From assembly GCA_965228485.1 (NCBI GenBank), contig OZ245819.1:270001-302000 (forward strand): 32,000 bases of DNA, given 5' to 3'. A program made the translations under genes and the position numbers. Below, piece by piece: positions 26,343 through 32,000 of this stretch. Within the stretch, counting starts at the first letter, position 1. Each line of letters starts with the position of its first letter. The DNA is from Candidatus Saccharimonadota bacterium. GTDB taxonomy: Bacteria; Patescibacteriota; Gracilibacteria; UBA4473. The notes below the pieces were generated by a model. The model saw only the letters and a list, made by a program, of their open reading frames with translations. It was not told the origin of the DNA and made no database searches.

Positions 26343-28712
26343 ATGTCGGAAAACCAAAACACACAAAACAACCAAAATAGCCAAGCCAGTCAAAATACTG
26401 GGGCTAATAGTGGAAATCAAAGCTTTGTAGATAAACAAGGAATTGTCAGTATTGAAGCACTTCAAGCAATGCAAAAACAGCAACGAGAAGTTGAAACTGA
26501 AGAAACTCCAACTGAGGAAGTAGCACCACAAAACATGCCTCCGAGTACGGAAGCACCAGTAGTGCAAACGCCCACTCCGACGCCTGCACCAACAGCAGCG
26601 CCAACACCACCTCAAACGGTTCCACCGACAACACCAGCCCCTACAGCACCGCCAAGCACGGAAGCGCCAGTAGTACAAACTCCCGCTCCAACGCCTGCGC
26701 CAACAGAAGCACCAAAATCAACTGCAGCTCCTAAACCAGAAACTAAAAACTCTGGTCTTCTTGGAGGCATGAAACAGAAATGGAATGCTCACGTAGAAAA
26801 GAACAAGACCAATGCGGAAAAACGAAAACAACAACAAGTTGAAGCTGCGGCAAAAAAAGTCGATCCTAAAAAGACTGAATCCGAACAATCTCAAGATGAG
26901 TTAGAACAACTTTTTGAAAACTATGATCCGAAAAAAGATCGAAAAAAACTAACTCCAGCCCTTCGAAAGAAAATTATCGAAGCCGAGAAGTTCTACAATG
27001 AAGGAGTTGTAAATATTAAAGACCTTATCGCTCCAAGCTCTCTTGAGGTTGGACCACGAAGCTTAAACGTAAATAGTCAGCATGTACGATCTTACTACGT
27101 GTTTAATTATCCACGTTATTTAGAAAGCAACTGGCTTAATCAAATTATCAATTTTGATGCGACTCTAGATATTTCACTCTTTGTTTATCCAACGGATTCG
27201 GCTCGAATGATGCGTACTTTGAGAAAGAAAGTAACCGAAATGCGAGCCACTCGAAGAATGAAATCTGAGAAAGGAATCACCAATGATGTATCGCTAGATA
27301 CGGCTCTAGAAGATGCCGAACAACTTCGAGTTGATCTTCAAAGAGGGAAAGAAAGATTCTTTCAAGTAGGGGTATACTTCACCGTTTACGCCGACTCACA
27401 AGAAAAACTCGATGTTATCTGCAAACAGGTAGAAACGATTCTTGGAGGACTCCTCGTGATGACTCGTCCAACAGAATTCCAAACCGAACGAGCGTTTAAT
27501 ACGACACTCCCACAATGTACCGATGATTTAGACATTCATAGAAATATGAACACGTCTCCCCTATCGACCACTTTCCCATTTGTTTCAAGTACACTGACTT
27601 CAAATGAAGGAATCTTGTACGGACTTAATCGACATAATAATTCATTGATTATCTTTGATCGATTTAAACTTGAGAATGCCAACTCGGTTATCTTTGCGAA
27701 ATCTGGGGCGGGTAAATCTTATGCCGTAAAACTAGAAGTACTCAGATCAATGATGATTGGAACCGATGTCATCATCCTTGATCCAGAAAAAGAATACGAA
27801 ACACTAACCCATACCATTGGGGGAACGTATGTAAATATTTCGCTGAACTCAAATCACCGAATTAACCCTTTCGACCTTCCACTGCCAATTGATGATGCGG
27901 ATGAAAACACCGCTTCCCTACTCCGGGAAAACATCATCAATATCTCTGGTCTTATGAACCTGATGCTTGGGAAATTGACGCCAGAAGAAAGTAGTCTTAT
28001 GGATAAGGCCCTTTATCAGTGTTATGAAATCAAAGGAATCACCGCTGAGGTAAAAAACCCTCACGAATACGAAATGCCAACGATGAAAGATCTGCAGAGT
28101 ATTCTTGAAAGTATGGAAGGGGGTAAAAGCCTCGCTATGCGTCTAGAAAAATATACCGAAGGAACTTTTGCGGGACTCTTTTCTCAACAGACCAATGTTG
28201 ATCTGAGTTCTGGACTTATCTGTTTTGGTATTCGAGACCTAGAAGATCAACTTCGACCCATTTCAATGTATATTCTTCTGAACTACATCTGGAACCGAGT
28301 TCGAAGCGAAATGAAACGACGAATGCTTGTGATTGATGAGGCCTGGAATGTCGTTCAATACGAAGACTCTGGACGATTCCTACACAATCTTTGTAAACGA
28401 GCGCGGAAATATTATCTTGGTATTTCAACGATTACCCAGGATGTGGAGGACTTCCTCAAATCGCCTTGGGGGAAACCGATTATTACTAATAGTTCGATGC
28501 AGTTGTTGCTCAAACAAGCCCCATCGGCCACGGAAATATTGCAAAACACCTTCAATCTCACCGAACAGGAAAAATACTTACTCCTCAATTCCAATGTGGG
28601 GCAAGGACTCTTCTTTGCGGGGAACCAGCATGTAGCGGTACAGATCATCGCGAGTTACGGAGAACACAAAATCGTAACGACGAATCCAGAGGAAATCCTA
28701 AAACAAGGATAA
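26343..28712 (+). CDS. VirB4/TrsE/TraC-family type IV secretion ATPase with a ~190-aa low-complexity N-terminal extension
   Basis: 789 aa. Walker A is KSGAGKS (nt 27699-27719) and Walker B is MLVIDEAW (nt 28323-28346). The segments ISTITQDVEDF and LLLKQAP follow. The overall layout is a non-ATPase N-domain followed by a C-terminal ATPase, as in VirB4-family proteins. The N-terminus is Q/N-rich, then Pro/Thr-rich, then K/E-rich. Confidence 0.8.
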   Translation: MSENQNTQNNQNSQASQNTGANSGNQSFVDKQGIVSIEALQAMQKQQREVETEETPTEEVAPQNMPPSTEAPVVQTPTPTPAPTAAPTPPQTVPPTTPAPTAPPSTEAPVVQTPAPTPAPTEAPKSTAAPKPETKNSGLLGGMKQKWNAHVEKNKTNAEKRKQQQVEAAAKKVDPKKTESEQSQDELEQLFENYDPKKDRKKLTPALRKKIIEAEKFYNEGVVNIKDLIAPSSLEVGPRSLNVNSQHVRSYYVFNYPRYLESNWLNQIINFDATLDISLFVYPTDSARMMRTLRKKVTEMRATRRMKSEKGITNDVSLDTALEDAEQLRVDLQRGKERFFQVGVYFTVYADSQEKLDVICKQVETILGGLLVMTRPTEFQTERAFNTTLPQCTDDLDIHRNMNTSPLSTTFPFVSSTLTSNEGILYGLNRHNNSLIIFDRFKLENANSVIFAKSGAGKSYAVKLEVLRSMMIGTDVIILDPEKEYETLTHTIGGTYVNISLNSNHRINPFDLPLPIDDADENTASLLRENIINISGLMNLMLGKLTPEESSLMDKALYQCYEIKGITAEVKNPHEYEMPTMKDLQSILESMEGGKSLAMRLEKYTEGTFAGLFSQQTNVDLSSGLICFGIRDLEDQLRPISMYILLNYIWNRVRSEMKRRMLVIDEAWNVVQYEDSGRFLHNLCKRARKYYLGISTITQDVEDFLKSPWGKPIITNSSMQLLLKQAPSATEILQNTFNLTEQEKYLLLNSNVGQGLFFAGNQHVAVQIIASYGEHKIVTTNPEEILKQG
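26538..26714 (+). repeat. Two copies of a 22-codon Pro/Thr-rich unit PPSTEAPVVQTP(T/A)PTPAPT(A/E)AP inside the VirB4-like gene, 111 nt apart
   Basis: Copy 1 is 26538-26603 and copy 2 is 26649-26714. A codon-by-codon comparison shows 9 synonymous and 2 non-synonymous differences. Confidence 0.85.
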
Positions 28713-28798
28713 AAAATCTCTGAATTTTACTCTATTTCCCTTATTAAATTTTTCCTTATCCTGACCCTTCGGGATTAATTTGGCAAAAACAATCTTTG

Positions 28799-28960
28799 AA
28801 TGAAGCGTTTTAAATTTTGCTCGAAGGCTTGCAAAATTCAGCGGAGTGAAAAGTTTTGTTTTCTAAATTATTATCCCAGGGTTGCCCTTTTTTCCTTTCT
28901 TTTTTGGGCACGCAAAAAAGAAATATTTGAAAAACTAGATCCTTCGCAAGGTTCAGGATG
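28799..28960 (+). CDS. Possible small protein (53 aa) with an F-C-S-x-x-C zinc-finger-like N-terminus and a hydrophobic segment
   Basis: It falls below the ORF-track length cut-off. The translation is MKRFKFCSKACKIQRSEKFCFLNYYPRVALFSFLFWARKKEIFEKLDPSQGSG. The call rests only on the FCSxxC motif and on sitting in an otherwise empty 295-bp gap. Confidence 0.25.
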
Positions 28961-29007
28961 ACAAACCAAATATATTTTTTCTTTCACCAAAATCATAAAT
29001 CTCTACA

Positions 29008-29544
29008 ATGACCTCAATGACCTGGATCGCAATTATTTGGCTGATCGTTTTTATTCTGACCGTGATAACGCTGATTTCTTTTATCTGGGTTATTGCTCCG
29101 TACTTTCCTACGAGAAGTAAACACTTAGAGGCGATTAATAAAATTTGTGCTCTCAAGCCTGGTGAAATTTTCTACGAACTCGGTTGTGGAGATGCCCGAG
29201 TGAGTCGACATCTCGCCAAACACAATCCAGAAGCTCAGATTATCGCTCTAGAAATGGCGGTAATTCTTTTCCTTATTGCTAAGATTAAGAGTCTCCGATA
29301 TCCGAACCTCACGGTTAAATGGCAAAATATTTTTTGGGAAGACCTTAGTAAGGCTGATGGAGTCTATGTATTTGGAATGACCGACAGTCTAAACAAAAAA
29401 CTCCGAGCCAAATTCCTCGAAGAACTCAAGCCAAAGAGTCGAATCATCTCTTACGTCTTTTCTATGAAAGACTGGGAAGGTAAAAGCGAAGACTTTCCTC
29501 AACCAGGAGAAAAAACCGTGATCCACAGGTATACGATGAAGTAA
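29008..29544 (+). CDS. Class I SAM-dependent methyltransferase with an N-terminal TM anchor
   Basis: 178 aa. The N-terminal helix is WIAIIWLIVFILTVITLISFIWVIAPYF. SAM-binding motif I is FYELGCGDARVSRHLA, and an acidic residue follows beta-2 (IIALEM). Confidence 0.7.
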   Translation: MTSMTWIAIIWLIVFILTVITLISFIWVIAPYFPTRSKHLEAINKICALKPGEIFYELGCGDARVSRHLAKHNPEAQIIALEMAVILFLIAKIKSLRYPNLTVKWQNIFWEDLSKADGVYVFGMTDSLNKKLRAKFLEELKPKSRIISYVFSMKDWEGKSEDFPQPGEKTVIHRYTMK

Positions 29545-29566
29545 TCTGATAATAGTAACAATCTCG

Positions 29567-29669
29567 CACAAGAAATTCTGGCTAAGAGATTTTCCCAAGA
29601 CCTTCCGCCCAGAATCTCACATCTTCACGACTAGGCTTTAGACTCTGGACAAGCCAGAGATTTATTTAT
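29567..29669 (+). repeat. Copy 1 of a ~103-nt direct repeat containing two conserved hairpins
   Basis: Hairpin A pairs ATTCTGG (29575-29581) with CCAGAAT (29609-29615). Hairpin B pairs CTCTGG (29643-29648) with CCAGAG (29654-29659) around an ACAAG loop, followed by the tail ATTTATTTATT. Confidence 0.8.
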
Positions 29670-29740
29670 TAAAAAAAGTAATAATCTCTACAAAAAACAA
29701 CACACGCCTCTTTTACAACAGAGATCAAAAAAACGAATTA

Positions 29741-29844
29741 CACACCAAAAATTCTGGCTAAGAGTTTTTCCCAAGACCTTCCGCCCAGAATCTCAATTTT
29801 TACGACTAAGTATCAGACTCTGGACAAGCCAGAGATTTATTTAT
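29741..29844 (+). repeat. Copy 2 of the same ~104-nt element, 174 nt downstream of copy 1
   Basis: Identity to copy 1 is about 90% by eye. Both stems are identical (29751-29757 with 29785-29791, and 29818-29823 with 29829-29834). The differences cluster in the linker between the hairpins. Confidence 0.8.
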
Positions 29845-29908
29845 GGAATGGGTTTTTTTAAAATTAAAAAGCTAGATTCCTGGCTTCGCAGAAATGACAA
29901 AGCAATTA

Positions 29909-29937
29909 TTGACTTTTTTGAATAAAAGTTTTATTTA
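29909..29937 (+). promoter_or_regulatory. Candidate promoter TTGACT-17 nt-TATTTA for the first Cys-rich gene
   Basis: TTGACT is at 29909-29914 and TATTTA at 29932-29937. The ATG at 29945 is 7 nt after the -10, so the mRNA may be leaderless. The -10 is weak. Confidence 0.3.
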
Positions 29938-29944
29938 AAAAGTC

Positions 29945-30571
29945 ATGACCGAAGTATTCCGTCCAGACTTTCAAACTACCAGCGATGATGCTCCTCTTGA
30001 GTCGGGTCTTTATATTCGGGATATTGCGACCGCTTGTTTAGATTGTATTGCTAAAGGTGAAAAAGGAAAACGCTGTACTCCCAATCAAGCTAAAGCTCGG
30101 CACGAGCTACTCGGAAAAACACTTCATGCTATGCAGTTTACCGATGGTGTACTTAGGTGTTCAGAAGGCGAAAATGACTCCCCTTGTGAACAAACCTGTC
30201 AGAGATTTCATAGAGAGGTCTGGCAATGTGCTAATTTCCCCCATAACTGTCAGCCAGATTCATTGGATACTCGACAACAAGGAATTGTGAGAGATGTAAT
30301 TAGGGCTCAGAGAGAAAATGTGGTGTGTGAAACACTCGCCATCCAAGCTCAAGAAACCTGTCATCGAAATGGAGGAATCGCTGGTAAAAAAACAGCATCA
30401 GGAGTTGCAACAGTAGACAAAACCATAAGTAACGAGAAGACTTTACTTTCAGCACAAGAAAGCCTAAACAAATGTGGAAAATGTCCACATAAAGAAGCTT
30501 GTAACTCACTCATAAATACCCTACGATCAAAAGCGGAAACAATTGCCTTAGCAGCAGACAATGATTGGTAA
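29945..30571 (+). CDS. Cys-rich hypothetical protein (13 Cys in 208 aa), paralog A
   Basis: The C-terminal module C-H-x-x-GGIAG...ESLNKCGKCPHKEACNSLINTL (nt 30359-30532) is shared with the next gene. There is no signal peptide or TM segment. Confidence 0.7.
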   Translation: MTEVFRPDFQTTSDDAPLESGLYIRDIATACLDCIAKGEKGKRCTPNQAKARHELLGKTLHAMQFTDGVLRCSEGENDSPCEQTCQRFHREVWQCANFPHNCQPDSLDTRQQGIVRDVIRAQRENVVCETLAIQAQETCHRNGGIAGKKTASGVATVDKTISNEKTLLSAQESLNKCGKCPHKEACNSLINTLRSKAETIALAADNDW

Positions 30572-30744
30572 AATAATTGATGCATAGATCCCATGAGCAA
30601 GAACCTTTTGAATCTGAAAAAGACTACTTACAAGAAAAGATAATAGACTCAGGGGGCTTCCAAGAAAATTCAAATAAAAACTTGCAACTAAGTTGCTTTT
30701 CAATAAATTCCTGAGTGTTAACACTTTTAATAGGCATAAAAAAC

Positions 30745-30772
30745 TTGACTTAGGCATGCCTAATCATAGAGT
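30745..30772 (+). promoter_or_regulatory. Candidate promoter TTGACT-16 nt-TAGAGT with a 10-bp palindrome AGGCATGCCT in the spacer
   Basis: TTGACT is at 30745-30750, the palindrome at 30752-30761 and TAGAGT at 30767-30772. An additional TAGGCAT half-site lies at 30731-30737. Confidence 0.35.
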
Positions 30773-30812
30773 GGGAGCACTTACAAAAAATATTTTTTAA
30801 ATTTTATAAAAA

Positions 30813-31493
30813 ATGGCTATCAAATCTCCTGATCAAGCGCTTTCGGAACTTAAACATCATCATGGACACGAACACAATCATGATAAGAAGTTCACTATTT
30901 CATCTAAAGAAGCAACTTCTCAACTAGACACCGCAAAAGACTCTACGGACAAGATTGTTAATGTTTGGAGTGGAGCGAGGGCTAGAATTGTTGAGCTCAT
31001 CCCTGAACTAGGAGATACCTGTTTAGATCATCTAACTCACGGTTGTGGTGGATGTGAAAAAGCTGGAACGACTCGAGTAGTAGACGCACAAACTCAAAAA
31101 GAAGTAGTTATCGCTAATGCAAAAACACTAAAAGAGCAGTTTGTTAACATCGCTGCAGAAAAAGTAGCCACTCTTACTGCTGACGAACAAAAAGAAATTG
31201 CTCCAGCTATTGATGCCATTGCAAAACTACTAGATCAAATCTCTGTACTTCAAGAAGAAATCAACAAAGCTTGTGTTTGTTGTTGTGCTGATCACGGAGG
31301 AATTACTGGGAATCCTGTTTCAGGAGTCAAAGGCGTAAGTTCAAGTGGAAAAGATATGGCAGCACTAAATACAGCTAGAGAGTCTTTGGCAAACTGTGGA
31401 AATTGTCCTCATAAATCAGGATGCCAAAACCTTTTAAGTTCCTTAGCTGCTCAAATTAGACAATCTAGACCTGCAAGAAAAAGGAGTTTCTAA
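30813..31493 (+). CDS. Cys/His-rich hypothetical protein (226 aa), paralog B, with a His-rich N-terminus
   Basis: The N-terminus is LKHHHGHEHNHDKK, and CLDHLTHGCGGCEK follows. The C-terminal module CVCCCADHGGITG...ESLANCGNCPHKSGCQNLLSSL (nt 31272-31445) aligns with paralog A. Confidence 0.7.
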   Translation: MAIKSPDQALSELKHHHGHEHNHDKKFTISSKEATSQLDTAKDSTDKIVNVWSGARARIVELIPELGDTCLDHLTHGCGGCEKAGTTRVVDAQTQKEVVIANAKTLKEQFVNIAAEKVATLTADEQKEIAPAIDAIAKLLDQISVLQEEINKACVCCCADHGGITGNPVSGVKGVSSSGKDMAALNTARESLANCGNCPHKSGCQNLLSSLAAQIRQSRPARKRSF

Positions 31494-31503
31494 TGTTTAA
31501 AGA

Positions 31504-32000
31504 ATGCCTCCTAAAAACCCCGACAAAGATCCTTCTCTAGGCGGTTTGGATGCTTTAAAAAGCGCAATAGAAGCACCAGAGGGTGCTAGAAATTTGTTTG
31601 AAGAATATAAAAACAAAAAAGGAGAAAATATTCCTTTCGATTTGTTCTATGAAGAATTCTTACAGGATTTAGAGTATTATAATGATACAGAGGCTTTAAA
31701 TGAACTTAAGTCTGAAGAAGGGAAAAATTACCTAAAACAAGTACATGAAAACTTGATAGGAACAGAACAGTCCCCAGAAAAAAAAATTAATGAGTTCTAC
31801 GACAAAGAACTCCCTGATATCTATAAGAAACTAAAACAAGCAAAGTTTCCAAAACGAGTTGAATGGAACGATGTAGTTGATCATCTAAAATCTACAGGAA
31901 GAGAAGACTTCGCTAAAGAGTTAGACAATTCCCCTTTAAGCTATCAACTCTGGACTCGTTTCAGAAAAGAACAAATTGATCTTTTTAATACCTCTGAGAA
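31504..32000 (+). CDS. Hypothetical protein, N-terminal 165 codons only (runs off the window)
   Basis: Absent from the ORF track because no stop codon lies in the window. The ATG at 31504 is 10 nt after the paralog B stop, and the frame stays open to position 32000. The translation starts MPPKNPDKDPSLGGLDALKSAIEAPEGARNLFEEYKNKKGENIPFDLFYEEF and has an E/K-rich helical composition like the 1807-aa protein. Confidence 0.6.
   Translation, partial: MPPKNPDKDPSLGGLDALKSAIEAPEGARNLFEEYKNKKGENIPFDLFYEEFLQDLEYYNDTEALNELKSEEGKNYLKQVHENLIGTEQSPEKKINEFYDKELPDIYKKLKQAKFPKRVEWNDVVDHLKSTGREDFAKELDNSPLSYQLWTRFRKEQIDLFNTSE

Noticed and set aside
26220-26678. Minus-strand 152-aa ORF rich in Cys/Arg/Trp (MYYWRFRAWRCCRGWCCRW...) and the 78-aa + ORF 26194..26430
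   Set aside because: The striking composition is simply the reverse complement of the Pro/Thr/Ala-rich codons of the VirB4-like N-terminus. The 78-aa + ORF spans the promoter region and overlaps the better-supported start at 26343.
29389-29598. Minus-strand 69-aa ORF starting inside repeat copy 1 (MGKSLSQNFL...)
   Set aside because: Most of it is antisense to the 3' end of the methyltransferase gene. The equivalent frame in repeat copy 2 has no ATG (TTG only) and diverges immediately, so the repeat is unlikely to be coding.
29567-29844. Reading the tandem elements as a known riboswitch (ZTP because of CCGCCCAG; guanidine-III because of GGACAAG; guanidine-II because of ACGA)
   Set aside because: Each resemblance is only 6-8 nt. 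The surrounding conserved nucleotides and the pseudoknot partners of those classes are missing.
30048-30757. Alternative-frame and antisense ORFs overlapping Cys-rich gene A and the following spacer (30048..30290 +, 30300..30509 -, 30361..30600 -, 30548..30757 -)
   Set aside because: The 208-aa frame is supported by its paralogy with the 226-aa protein. The overlapping ORFs have no such support and have low-complexity L/F-rich translations.
1-32000. Alternative genetic code (UGA recoded, as in some candidate-phyla lineages)
   Set aside because: Recognisable genes (ntpB, clpP, rsmI, the P-type ATPase, the VirB4-like gene) and a 1807-codon ORF are full length and uninterrupted under the standard code. 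They also end where homologs would be expected to end.
1-32000. tRNA, rRNA, CRISPR arrays, IS elements, integrases or prophage genes
   Set aside because: I saw no T-arm GGTTCGAATCC-like motif in an intergenic context, no short regularly spaced repeats, and no transposase- or integrase-like ORFs. The only repeats are the two ~100-nt elements at 29567-29844 and the intragenic PT repeat.

Overview
The window is AT-rich by eye (not computed), tightly packed, and reads cleanly in the standard genetic code. Most genes are on the minus strand. I found no rRNA, tRNA, CRISPR array, transposase or integrase.

Housekeeping genes:
- an NSS/SNF sodium symporter, cut by the left window edge and absent from the ORF track
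- rsmI and a small AroQ-type chorismate mutase
- ribB and ribH
- V/A-type ATPase subunits B and D, which are not adjacent to each other
- a HAD phosphatase, clpP, a class-I glutamine amidotransferase and a NifS-like cysteine desulfurase
- a P2-type cation ATPase and a small membrane-anchored SAM methyltransferase

The accessory part (about 12.6-32 kb) is the interesting one. It contains:
- an orphan 1807-aa helical giant protein
- a three-gene set encoding a 2-TM protein, a 735-aa protein and a 648-aa polytopic protein
- a VirB4-family ATPase with a long disordered Pro/Thr-rich N-terminus
- a 568-bp intergenic region with a promoter-driven candidate structured RNA, an intrinsic terminator and two GATATATC palindromes
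- a tandem pair of about 100-nt hairpin elements
- two paralogous Cys/His-rich proteins of unknown family
- a further open-ended ORF at the right window edge, also missing from the ORF track

Together this looks like a minimal, dispersed type IV secretion-like or DNA-translocation-like module with uncharacterised partners. No relaxase, coupling protein or integrase is in view.

The gene content and style fit a reduced-genome, CPR/Patescibacteria-like bacterium: 2-TM 'W-x-APxY' proteins, giant orphan proteins, fragmentary biosynthesis and little Shine-Dalgarno signal. That taxonomic reading is inference only.
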